Of a stretch of DNA of 64,000 bases, positions 47,989 to 56,991 are shown piece after piece (positions within the stretch are counted from its first letter, which is position 1; each line of letters opens with the position of its first letter). Under the pieces are notes generated by a model. The model searched no databases. It was not told where the DNA came from and was given only the letters and a program-made list of their open reading frames with translations. The DNA is taken from the NCBI GenBank assembly GCA_963695895.1, contig CAVOIK010000033.1:28426-92425 (forward strand), in the 5' to 3' direction. Source of the stretch: an uncultured delta proteobacterium (GTDB taxonomy: Bacteria > Desulfobacterota > BSN033 > UBA1163). The position numbers were made by a program, and so were the translations under genes.

Positions 47989-49786
47989 TTATCGATCTTC
48001 CATAGTGGCTCTAAGGACTTCATCAATCGTCGTTGCTCCAGCTCTGATCTTATGGATCCCACTCTGCCTCAAGGTTTTCATCCCCAGACGGATGGCTTCC
48101 TTCTTGATTTCAGAGGTGGAGGCTCGAGACAGGATCAGTTCTTTGATCTCTTCCTTCATGGACATGACTTCGTAGAGGCCTAACCGGCCTTTATACCCTG
48201 TGTTGCTGCAGATCGGACATCCTTTCCCCTTGAACACCGGGAAGGTCTTCACCTCATCGGGAGGAATTCCAAGGTCGATGAGCAGTTGGGGATGGACCTG
48301 GATTTGTTCCTTACATTCAGTGCAGATCTTGCGGATGAGGCGTTGCGCCAAAATCAAAATGACCGCCGAGGCGATGAGAAAAGGTTCAACTCCCATGTCG
48401 ATGAGTCGGCCGATAGTTCCTGGCGCGTCGTTCGTGTGGACGGTGCTCAAGACGAGGTGACCCGTGAGGGCCGCCTGAATGGCGATCTGTGCTGTTTCAA
48501 AGTCACGAATTTCTCCGACCATGATAATGTCGGGGTCCTGACGGAGAAAGGAGCGTAGGGACGATGCAAAGGTGAGTCCAATCTCTTCGTGCATCTGGAC
48601 CTGATTGATCCCCATGAAGTTATACTCAACGGGATCCTCGGCCGTCATGATGTTTTCTGATTCTTTGTTGAGCTCCGAAAGGGCCGAATAGAGGGTGGTC
48701 GTTTTCCCACTTCCAGTAGGCCCCGTTACCAGAATCATCCCCACGGGTCTGTGGACAGCTGCTTTGAGATCTGTGAGGGAGGACTCCTCAAACCCCAACT
48801 TGGTCATATCCAATTGCAGCGCCCCCTTGTCGAGGAGACGGAGAACCACCTTCTCTCCGAAGAGGGTAGGGAGGACCGAGACACGGAAGTCCATCTCTCG
48901 CCCCTTTCCTAATCGGAGTTTGATTCTTCCGTCCTGAGGGAGTCGTTTCTCAGCAATATCCAGTCTGGACATGATCTTCAGACGAGAAACCAGGGCATTC
49001 TTGATCTTCAAGGGGAGAGTCATGGCGCGCAGCATGACACCGTCAATTCGATACCTGACTCGGAACAGAGTCTCATAGGGCTCGAAATGGATGTCGCTGG
49101 CTCCCAACTTGATGGCTTTGATCAGAATGCCGTTGACGATCTTGATGATCGGACCTTGAAGATCCTCAGAGTCATCGGTTGCCGATTGCTCAACGACCTC
49201 TACATTATCAATCGCACCGCGGACGAGTTGGTCAAAGTCATCGACATTGACGACAGAATCCTCTTCGAAGGTCACTCCCTCATTGGGCTGGGATACGTCG
49301 TCGTCAAAGGTGTAATCCGAAGCATTGAACGTTTGGGTGCCCAACCCGGCGAGATTCTCCCCCTCCACCATAATACTTCTTGATGGCATCGATGATCTCG
49401 CTTTCTGAAGCTACGACAGGCTCTACCCGAAATCCCGTGATAAATTTGATCTCATCAATCACTAGGATATTGCTCGGGTCGACCATGGCCAGGGTCAATT
49501 TCGCCCCCATCCGGTTCGTTGGGACGATAAAATGTTTCTTTGCGATGCTTGCCGGGATGAGCTTGATGACAACTGGGTTGACCTCTACCTTTGAGAGCTT
49601 AATCGAAGGAACCCGGTATTGCGCACTGAGAAAGGAGAGAAGTTCATCCTCCTTTATGTAGCCCAACTTGACCAGCGTTGACTCAAGGCGGCTTCCATTC
49701 GACTTTTGTTCTTCGAAAGCTTTTTTGAGTTGTTCAGGAGTAATGATGTTTCTTCTAACGAGCAATTCACCGAGGCGCTCTGACAA
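47989..49786 (-). CDS. pilB: type IV pilus assembly ATPase PilB (GspE family), frame broken once
   Basis: The T2SSE-N domain is in ORF 49304..49786 (MSERLGELLVRRNIITPEQL...). The ATPase is in ORF 47989..49389 (VTGPTGSGKTTTLYS, zinc-binding CPIC). The junction is at a G5/C5 run, 49359..49363. Confidence 0.85.
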
Positions 49787-49858
49787 TTTTTGCTACCCCC
49801 TTGTCCATCTGTAAGTCAAATTATTAAAAATAAATATAAATTAGTCAAGTGGAGTACT

Positions 49859-49874
49859 AGCAAAATAAGTGCCA
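49859..49874 (-). promoter_or_regulatory. sigma-54 (-24/-12) promoter, exact consensus, upstream of pilB
   Basis: Minus strand reads TGGCAC-ttatt-TTGCT. The -12 element ends about 70 nt upstream of the pilB start (49786). Confidence 0.65.
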
Positions 49875-50044
49875 ATTTTTGTCTATTTTTTGTATTTTTT
49901 GTCTTCCTTAATTGCTTGAATTCAAATAGATTTTCGGCAAGATGTGTTCGACGTTAATTTCGGCAAAAAACAGAGGGCATTTTGGTTGGTCAGAAATTGT
50001 CCAAACCCTGCAAAAAGCGACTTTTGAAGGAAGAACGAGACAAT

Positions 50045-51499
50045 CTAACAATTGTGGGAATGAATGGGAAGTCTAACGATGAAGCGGCTGCCTTTACCTA
50101 ACTCGCTTTCCACCGAGATTTCGCCCTGATGGGCTTCTACAATCCACTTACAGATGCTCAGGCCAAGGCCGCTTCCTCCTTGTTCCCCGGAACGAGCTTT
50201 GTCCACTCGGAAAAACCTGCCAAAAATTCTCTCCTGGTCCTCTTTGGTAATGCCAATCCCCGTATCTGAAACCACAATTTTGACTCCGTCATAAGATCCT
50301 TCTTCCTTGCCGGGTAAAGATAGGGGAGCATTCTTCTCGAGAGAAACAGAGATTGAACCTCCTGGCTCAGTGTATTTGATGCTGTTTTCGATCAAATTGA
50401 GAAGCATCTCCCGAATTCGCAAAGCATCTCCATACAGAGGAATATCCTCGTAGTGATTTGTAGCAACGATTTGGAGATCCTTGGCGTGAGCCAACTTGGT
50501 CAATTGAGTCACCACTTCACTCATAATTTGACTCAAATTGACTTCTTCTTTGAACAACCGAATCTCTCCGGTCTCTGTCCTTGCAAGAAGCAAGAGATTG
50601 TCCACAATTTTAGACATTCGGTTGATTTCTTCCAGGTTACTCCTCAGGATCTGTTCGTAATCCTGAGGCGTCCTCTCTTTTCTTAGGGCGACTTCGACCT
50701 CGCCCTTCAAGATCGTCAAAGGGGTCTTTAATTCATGGGATGCGTCTGAGCTGAACTGTTTGATCTGGTGGAAGGATTGATCGAGCCGAGAAATCATTTC
50801 ATTGAATGTTTCGATCAGCCTGGAAATCTCATCTTTCACCTTCAAAGACTTGATCCTCTGGTTTAGGTTCTGCGAAGTAATCATCCGTGCGGTCTGGGTA
50901 ATGTTATCCACAGGCTTGAGGGCCTGATTCGCAAGAAATTGTCCTCCCAAACTTGCAACCAGCAGGGCAGAGGGAACCGCGATGACCAAAATGATGAAAA
51001 GGGTCCTGAGAGCGTCTTCGACATCTTCCAAAGAAGAGGCCACTTGGATGATTCTCGCCATGTGGCCGTTTTCGATCACGGGAAGGGTCATCATTCGAAG
51101 TGGAGTGTTTCCAAAGGTACTCACAGTTTCAAAGGTGATGAACCCTTTCGAAGCGTTTTTCAGTGCCTGAAGGCTAATAGGAAGCTGAACGTTCTTCAGA
51201 TTTTCGGACTTCTCGCCGATGTTCCCTGACTCGTCCAGGACTTGAATAAACTTGCCCACGGGCCTCAGGTTGAGGGTCGCCCGCACGGCCTGGTCGAGTT
51301 TCCCGAAACCAAAGGTGGAAGAAGGGCTACCGGATTCGGTGGCAATGAGGTGGGCGAGAGACCGTAGTCGATTATCGACATCCCGATAGAGGCTTTTGGA
51401 GAGGGTGATGTAAAGAAAGCTGCTGAAGGAGATCAGGAGAATCCCCAGAATGAGAACGTACCAGAGGGTGAGTTTAAAACGTAAGCTTCTGAAAACCAT
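50045..51499 (-). CDS. sensor histidine kinase (2 TM, HAMP, HisKA, HATPase; CusS/heavy-metal-sensor-like)
   Basis: FKLTLWYVLILGILLI..., SHELKTPLT, GSGLGLSICKWIVEAHQG. 484 aa. Confidence 0.8.
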   Translation of the reverse strand: MVFRSLRFKLTLWYVLILGILLISFSSFLYITLSKSLYRDVDNRLRSLAHLIATESGSPSSTFGFGKLDQAVRATLNLRPVGKFIQVLDESGNIGEKSENLKNVQLPISLQALKNASKGFITFETVSTFGNTPLRMMTLPVIENGHMARIIQVASSLEDVEDALRTLFIILVIAVPSALLVASLGGQFLANQALKPVDNITQTARMITSQNLNQRIKSLKVKDEISRLIETFNEMISRLDQSFHQIKQFSSDASHELKTPLTILKGEVEVALRKERTPQDYEQILRSNLEEINRMSKIVDNLLLLARTETGEIRLFKEEVNLSQIMSEVVTQLTKLAHAKDLQIVATNHYEDIPLYGDALRIREMLLNLIENSIKYTEPGGSISVSLEKNAPLSLPGKEEGSYDGVKIVVSDTGIGITKEDQERIFGRFFRVDKARSGEQGGSGLGLSICKWIVEAHQGEISVESELGKGSRFIVRLPIHSHNC

Positions 51500-52171
51500 C
51501 TATTCCTTCTTCATCATATAACCGATCCCCCTGATCGTATGGATCAGCTTGGGGTCAAAATCCTTGTCAATTTTCTTCCGGAGATAATTGACGTAAACAT
51601 CAATCACGTTCGTATTAGAGTCAAAATGGTAGTCCCAGACATGCTCAGAAATCATCGTCCGCGTGAGGACTTTTTCAGGGTTTCTCATGAAATATTCCAA
51701 GAGGGCATACTCTTTGCTTGTCAATTCGATTTCTTTCCCTTGCCGCATCACTTTGTGAGTGACGATGGAGAGAGACAAATCCGCAATCCGCAACACAGAT
51801 TCTTTTTCTTTCTTGTCACGGCGGAGCAGGGCGCGAATTCTTGCGAGTAATTCAGCAAAGGCAAAGGGTTTCGTTAGGTAATCGTCACATCCTGCATCCA
51901 AACCCCTCACCGTATCATCGATGGAATCCTTGGCCGTGAGAACGAGGATGGGGACATTGTTCTTCCGTTCGCGAATTTTCTTCAGGACTCCAAATCCGTC
52001 GATCTTGGGGATCATCAAATCCAGAACGATGAGGTCATATTCGTTAATCTCAGACAAATAGAGTCCCTCCTCACCATCAAAGGCTGTATCGACGGCGTAG
52101 TGCTCCTCCACAAGCCCCTTCTTAATGAAGGTGGCAACCTTCTTTTCATCTTCAATCACTAAGATTCTCAT
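51500..52171 (-). CDS. OmpR-family response regulator (CusR/CopR-like)
   Basis: MRILVIEDEKKVATFIKKGL...DLMIPKIDG...LTAKD, and a winged-helix C-terminus (IHTIRGIGYMM). The ATG at 52171 was chosen over the longer track ORF. Confidence 0.85.
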   Translation of the reverse strand: MRILVIEDEKKVATFIKKGLVEEHYAVDTAFDGEEGLYLSEINEYDLIVLDLMIPKIDGFGVLKKIRERKNNVPILVLTAKDSIDDTVRGLDAGCDDYLTKPFAFAELLARIRALLRRDKKEKESVLRIADLSLSIVTHKVMRQGKEIELTSKEYALLEYFMRNPEKVLTRTMISEHVWDYHFDSNTNVIDVYVNYLRKKIDKDFDPKLIHTIRGIGYMMKKE

Positions 52172-52351
52172 GGGTCTTGCCGTCCCCAACGGGGCTTTGC
52201 TCCAGGCCAAGAGAGAATAAAAGGCCAAACCTCCAACATAAAAAAGAAGGAAATCCGATAACATTATAAATTTAATGAGGAAAAATGCAATAGGAAAAAT
52301 AGTTCTTGGCACTTACAGCCGTAAATACTGTCGTATACAAGCGTCACTGAC

Positions 52352-52599
52352 TACTAACAGAGTGTTGGGAAAGTGATCTTTTGCAGGTTGCTCAAAAAGG
52401 GCCAGAGGCAAGGCTTCCGAAGTCCTGAGGTGTGAGGCGTACTTTGCGGTACGCCGCAACAACGCCTGCGCGCCGAAGCGCTTCAGCGCGCAGGCGACGA
52501 AGGACCTGCCCACAGGCAGGGACAACGCTGCAGATAGCCATTTTTCAGCAACCTGTTTCCTCAACCGAAGGGTTGACACCTCACCCTATCTCTGTTAGC
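52352..52599. repeat. about 250-nt nested-palindrome element sharing modules with the two-hairpin repeats
   Basis: Outer pairs are CTAACAGAG (about 52353) / CTCTGTTAG (about 52590). A long stem is formed by CAGGTTGCTcAAAAAGG (52384..52400) and CCATTTTTcAGCAACCTG (52538..52555). Inside are GGCGTACtttgcgGTACGCC, the 32-nt perfect palindrome GCCTGCGCGCcGAAGCGCTTCaGCGCGCAGGC, and CCTGCCcacaGGCAGG. Confidence 0.6.
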
Positions 52600-52641
52600 A
52601 TTCAAAATATTTTTTAGATTCAACAAAAAAGGAGTGGTTTC

Positions 52642-53469
52642 TTGATCAAGGTCGCTGGGGTTCAGATGTTCTGCTCCGAGGACAAGGAGAGGAATGTTGA
52701 CAAAGCGGTGAGACTTGCTCAGATCGCGGCAGAAAAAGGAGCCCAGATCATCTGTTTTCAAGAATTATTTTCCACGCACTGGTTTCCAAAGGAGATGGAT
52801 CGCAAGCATTTCACTCTGGCAGAGAACCTGAAGGGTCCTTCCTTAGGGAGAATGCGTGAAGTTGCAAGAACTCATGAGATTGCTTTGGTATGCCCGTTCT
52901 TTGAAGAAGGAGAAGAGGGGGGTTTTTACAACACCGCGGTGGTTTTCGATGCCGGAGGAGAGATTCTGGGGCGCTATCGAAAGATCCACGTCCCTCAGAT
53001 TCCCCTCTGGGAGGAAAAATACTACTTTGCACCTGGAAACCTGGGGTTTCCTGTCTTTCACACGAGGTTTGCCGCCATCGGAATCCAGGTCTGCTGGGAT
53101 AATTTTTTTCCGGAAGGATCCAGGATTCTGGCGTTGAAGGGAGCACAAATCATTTTTTCTCCCACAGCAGCGGCTTTCGCGTCTCAGAAGAGATGGGAAA
53201 CAGTCATTTCAGGAAATGCCATTTCGAATGGGGTGTTCGTGTTTCGTGTCAATCGGGTTGGGAGCGAAGAAAAACAGGATTTCTACGGAAAATCATTCTG
53301 TGTCTCACCCGAAGGAGAAATGGTCGATCGTCCCACGGGGATGAAAGAAGGGATTGCTTTGGTAGAGATGGACCTCGGAGATGTCGAAAGGGTGAGGAGG
53401 GAGTGGTCTTTTTTCAAGGATAGAAGACCAGAGACCTACGGCGAGATCCTGGGAGAAAGGGAACTTTAG
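52642..53469 (+). CDS. carbon-nitrogen hydrolase (nitrilase superfamily) protein
   Basis: VAGVQMF...ICFQELF (catalytic Glu), RKIH (Lys), GIQVCWD (Cys). TTG start with AAGGAG upstream. Confidence 0.8.
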   Translation: MIKVAGVQMFCSEDKERNVDKAVRLAQIAAEKGAQIICFQELFSTHWFPKEMDRKHFTLAENLKGPSLGRMREVARTHEIALVCPFFEEGEEGGFYNTAVVFDAGGEILGRYRKIHVPQIPLWEEKYYFAPGNLGFPVFHTRFAAIGIQVCWDNFFPEGSRILALKGAQIIFSPTAAAFASQKRWETVISGNAISNGVFVFRVNRVGSEEKQDFYGKSFCVSPEGEMVDRPTGMKEGIALVEMDLGDVERVRREWSFFKDRRPETYGEILGEREL

Positions 53470-53527
53470 CCCCTCCAGACATCCATTGCCCCCTGGATCC
53501 GAGGAATCGTGCCTCCTGTGGAGCTCC

Positions 53528-54160
53528 ATGCAAGAGAAGAGAATGGGAAAGAAACGCTTCATCAAAGAATATGTTGAGCCAATCGTCATCGCGATCTTGA
53601 TCGCGCTGTTTATCAGGACATTTGTCGTACAGGCATTCAAGATTCCCTCGAGCTCGATGGAACCCACGCTGCAAGTGGGAGACTACATCCTGGTTACCAA
53701 GTTTCTCTATGGTGTGAGAATCCCTTACACCGACGCGAAGTTTTTTCAATTTGCGAAGCCCAAGCGAGGCGACGTGGTCGTCTTCATTTTTCCCAAAGAT
53801 CACACGAAAGATTTCATCAAGAGGGTCATTGCTATGGAGGGAGAAAAGATCGAGATCCTCCAGAACAAGATTTATGTGAACGATCGGGTGATTGAAGATC
53901 CCTGGGGACACTTCGGGAAAAGTGGTTGGACGCAATACCTGCAATCCATGGAGCGATTCGGTCCAGTCGTTGTTCCCAAAGATTCCCTGTTCGTTCTGGG
54001 TGACAATCGGGACAATAGCCAGGACAGCCGGTTCTGGGGGTTCGTCCACGTCAATGCCGTGAAAGGAAAGGCTCTCGTCATCTATTTCTCATGGAACGGG
54101 GAAGCGAATGGGCTGTTGGACAAGATCCGGTGGGTCAGGCTAGCGAAACTGATCCATTAG
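53528..54160 (+). CDS. lepB: signal peptidase I
   Basis: FKIPSSSMEPTL (catalytic Ser), KRVIAMEGE (Lys), GDNRDNSQDSRFWG. Confidence 0.9.
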   Translation: MQEKRMGKKRFIKEYVEPIVIAILIALFIRTFVVQAFKIPSSSMEPTLQVGDYILVTKFLYGVRIPYTDAKFFQFAKPKRGDVVVFIFPKDHTKDFIKRVIAMEGEKIEILQNKIYVNDRVIEDPWGHFGKSGWTQYLQSMERFGPVVVPKDSLFVLGDNRDNSQDSRFWGFVHVNAVKGKALVIYFSWNGEANGLLDKIRWVRLAKLIH

Positions 54161-54161
54161 C

Positions 54162-55145
54162 TCAGGAAGGGGTTTTGTTCTTAAAGACGTTTTCTTGGGC
54201 CCACTCGATGTCCTTTTGGATCCGGGTGATGAGCTGTGCAATAGAATCGAATCGGGCTTCGTCTCGGATCCTTCTAACAAAGTCAATCTGAATTTCCTCT
54301 CCGTAGATGTCCTCATCGAAATCAAGGATATAGACTTCTGACGAGATCTTTCCTTCTCCTTCCGTTTGAAATGTAGGATTCCAGCCGACGTTGGCGACAC
54401 CCTTGAAGGATTGCCTCTTCCACAGGACCTCAACGGCGTAGACTCCGGGCAGAGGAGTTAACTCCTCGGAGATTTCAAGATTGGCTGTTGGAAATCCGAG
54501 GAGGTGTCCCCTTTTTGCTCCCTCGATGACCTTTCCAAGAATAGAATAATGTCGTCCCAGGAGTTTGGAGGCTTTCTCAACTTGGCCGTTCTTGATCAGT
54601 TCTCGAATCTTGGAACTGCTGACCGTCGTTCCTTCGATGATCAGGGAGTCTATGATTTCAACCTGAAGGTTGAACAGGCTTCCAATCTGTTTCAAAATTT
54701 GAGGATTCCCTTTATTATTTTTTCCAAAATGGTAGTTGAATCCCACAATCACCTTTTGAGCCCCCACTTTTTCAATGAGGATGTTCTTAACAAAATCGGA
54801 AGGAGACATCTCTGAGAAAGTCTTTGTGAATTCGATGCAGAGGAGGACATCCATTCCTGATTGCTCGATGAGCAAGATCTTCCTTCTGAAAGGAGTCAAA
54901 AAAGGAGGACAGGATTTGGGTGATAGGACCTTCAACGGGTGAGGCTCAAAAGTAATGACCACGGATTCCCCGCCCATCCTTGAGGCTTCTGTCTTTACCC
55001 TCTCGAAGATTTTCTGATGCCCGAGATGGAGACCATCGAAGTTACCCAGGGTAACGACTGGGTTCACCAGTCGCCTCGACAAGCGATCAATGCCGAAAAT
55101 CGTTTCCACGTCAACAGTCCTCGAAGGTGCACCGCTTGTAAGCAT
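54162..55145 (-). CDS. ribF: bifunctional riboflavin kinase / FMN adenylyltransferase
   Basis: VVTLGNFDGLHLGHQKIF, and the C-terminal kinase domain GFPTANL...GVYAV...NVGWNPTF. Confidence 0.9.
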   Translation of the reverse strand: MLTSGAPSRTVDVETIFGIDRLSRRLVNPVVTLGNFDGLHLGHQKIFERVKTEASRMGGESVVITFEPHPLKVLSPKSCPPFLTPFRRKILLIEQSGMDVLLCIEFTKTFSEMSPSDFVKNILIEKVGAQKVIVGFNYHFGKNNKGNPQILKQIGSLFNLQVEIIDSLIIEGTTVSSSKIRELIKNGQVEKASKLLGRHYSILGKVIEGAKRGHLLGFPTANLEISEELTPLPGVYAVEVLWKRQSFKGVANVGWNPTFQTEGEGKISSEVYILDFDEDIYGEEIQIDFVRRIRDEARFDSIAQLITRIQKDIEWAQENVFKNKTPS

Positions 55146-55476
55146 TCACGGGTGGCGACTCGGCCAGTGTGGCCTTCTCCGCACCCCTGCACGGTGGGTC
55201 TTTAGACGAATGGGTAATCGGGCTTGCGGGGGTACAAGATCGCTTCCAAGGGGTTTCGTTTCTGCAGTGAGACAGGTAAAGGTGTCGCCCTGCCTACCGG
55301 CAGGCAGGCACAGGGTTTCTCCGAAGACCGCACTGGCCCGTTCACCTGTGACGGGCAAGTCGGCTGGATGCCCCGGCTTCCTGCCCGTAGCAGGGGCGGG
55401 GAGGAATGCCGACCTTGTAATCATATCTACATTTCCCGGAAGCCACGGCCTGCGGGTGGAAAGCTTCATTTTCCCA
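55142..55476 (+). repeat. long variant of the subtype-A repeat (copy A15L)
   Basis: Collinear with 11175..11488: shared GCATTCA, GGtGGCG..C.CG.CC.GTGTGGCCTTCTCCG.ACCCCTG.ACGG.GGGTCT..AGACGAATGGGT ... CGCCCTGCCTACCGG.AGGCAGGCACAGGGTTTCTCCGAAGACC.CACTGG, then the A core from 55348. The ribF start codon (55145..55143) lies in the shared left edge. Confidence 0.85.
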
Positions 55477-55515
55477 TCCTTGTCTGAATGCTTACTATTA
55501 CTTCTCACGAAGTGC

Positions 55516-55543
55516 TTGACTTTACAACAAAAAAATATAAAAT
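55516..55543 (+). promoter_or_regulatory. possible sigma-70 promoter for tRNA-Leu
   Basis: TTGACT (55516..55521), 16-nt spacer, TAAAAT (55538..55543), about 37 nt upstream of the tRNA. Confidence 0.35.
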
Positions 55544-55579
55544 AAAGTATTCTCGTTTTCAATTGATCTGTTCCAAGAT

Positions 55580-55668
55580 GCCGAAGTGGCGGAATTGGCA
55601 GACGCGCTAGATTCAGGGTCTAGTGGGATGTAAGTCCTGTGGGGGTTCAAGTCCCCCCTTCGGCACCA
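55580..55668 (+). tRNA. tRNA-Leu (anticodon CAG), encoded CCA
   Basis: Hand-folded cloverleaf. Acceptor GCCGAAG/CTTCGGC. Anticodon stem CTAGA/TCTAG with loop TTCAGGG. Long variable arm. T-arm GGGGG-TTCAAGT-CCCCC. Discriminator A plus CCA. Confidence 0.9.
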
Positions 55669-55749
55669 TTGTTTTTCTGTAAAAAGGTTAATCTCCCTGC
55701 ATGGAATTCGGTTTTTAGAAAACAACTGCTTCTCCTGCTCTCACGTCTG

Positions 55750-55858
55750 TCACGGGCAAGTCGGCTGGAGGCCCTGCTTGTAGGCGGGGAGAAAAGCCGA
55801 CCCTGTAATGACAGATACATTTCCCGGAAGCCCTGCTCTGTGGGGGGGGAGAGCTTCC
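55750..55858 (+). repeat. two-hairpin intergenic repeat, subtype A, copy A16
   Basis: TCACGGGCAAGTCGGCTGGaggCCCTGCttgtaGGCGGGGagaaAAGCCGACCCTGTAATGACAGATACATTTCCCGGAAGCCCTGCtctgtGGGGGGGGAGAGCTTCCC. Confidence 0.9.
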
Positions 55859-55869
55859 CTTGTTTCGGT

Positions 55870-56991
55870 ATGGAAGGTATGGAACACGGGGTACGAAAAA
55901 TACTGATCGTTGACGACAATCCGGAGTTCGCCCGGATGACGGGACGATTCCTGGAACATCAGGGCTTTCGTATTGCGATTGCGGACAGTGGGTATAAAGC
56001 AGTTGAAAAGATTCAGTCCGAGCCTCAGGATTTGGTCCTCCTCGACTTGAAATTGCCTGACGTTATGGGCATGGAGGTCCTGAAACGCATTAAGGAGATC
56101 AATGACGATATCGCTTTCATCATCATCACAGGTTACGGCGGGGAACAGGTGGCGATCGATTTCATGAAGGCGGGGGCCCTCGATTTTCTGTCGAAACCCA
56201 TTGACAATGACATCCTTTTGAAAACCATCAAGAATGCCCTCAAGATCCGTGATGCCCAAGTTGAAGACAAACAGTTGAAGGGATATTCGACCTTAGAGAG
56301 GTTCTTTCCTTTTCTCGCCCACGAAATCAGAAATCCTCTCCATGCGATTGGTGGAGCATTGGCCATCATCCAGAGGCGAACCGATCTAAAGGATGAGCTC
56401 TTGGCCCAGTCCATGAAGATCATTCAGGAGGAAATTCAACACCTGAACGAGTTTGTCCAGGAGTGTTTGGATTTTGTCCGGCCCCCGGTCAGGAGTCACT
56501 ATGTGGAAGTGGACCTCAATGAATTGGTTTCTATCGTGATCAGCATCGTGTCTTATATGTTTCAGGAGTCGTCGCAGAAGGTCAAGGTGACAACTCACCT
56601 GGCCCCCAAGCTTCCAAAGGTTCAAGCCAACTATGAGGAAGTTAAGCAAGCCCTGCTGAATATTGTCAAGAATGGATTTGAAGCCATGGAGGAAGGGGGA
56701 GAATTTACTGTCACGACAACTTTCAAACCCAATCCCAATCCCGATCCCAACCCCGGATGGGTGGAGATTACCTTCGTGGACAGTGGCCCCGGGATTAGAG
56801 AAGAGAACAAGAAGTACCTCTTTAGCCCCTTCTTCACAACGAAACTGAGGGGAACCGGCCTTGGTCTCCCGATCTGTCATAGAATTATTGTGGAGCGGCA
56901 TAAAGGAAGAATGCATTTTGAAAGCGAAGAGACCAAGGGAACCACGATGAAGGTTGAACTACCTATCGGCCATCCCATGGAGATGCCCTGA
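55870..56991 (+). CDS. hybrid receiver-histidine kinase (REC-HisKA-HATPase)
   Basis: KILIVDDNPEFARM...LLDLKLPDVMG...SKPI, then FLAHEIRNPLHAIGG, and GTGLGLPICHRIIVERHKG. The ATG at 55870 was chosen because the track ORF (55639) starts inside the tRNA/repeat region. Confidence 0.8.
   Translation: MEGMEHGVRKILIVDDNPEFARMTGRFLEHQGFRIAIADSGYKAVEKIQSEPQDLVLLDLKLPDVMGMEVLKRIKEINDDIAFIIITGYGGEQVAIDFMKAGALDFLSKPIDNDILLKTIKNALKIRDAQVEDKQLKGYSTLERFFPFLAHEIRNPLHAIGGALAIIQRRTDLKDELLAQSMKIIQEEIQHLNEFVQECLDFVRPPVRSHYVEVDLNELVSIVISIVSYMFQESSQKVKVTTHLAPKLPKVQANYEEVKQALLNIVKNGFEAMEEGGEFTVTTTFKPNPNPDPNPGWVEITFVDSGPGIREENKKYLFSPFFTTKLRGTGLGLPICHRIIVERHKGRMHFESEETKGTTMKVELPIGHPMEMP

Noticed and set aside
52313-52579. 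The 88-aa minus-strand ORF between the response regulator and the nitrilase-family gene.
   Set aside because: It is drawn straight through a set of perfect palindromes. The opposite strand is equally open (52432..52617), and there is no RBS. It is treated as a structural or repeat element instead.
56720-56750. The NPNPDPNP low-complexity insert in the kinase ATPase domain as a functional repeat.
   Set aside because: It is a short compositional run within a loop region of an otherwise normal HATPase domain. Nothing else in the sequence supports a special role.
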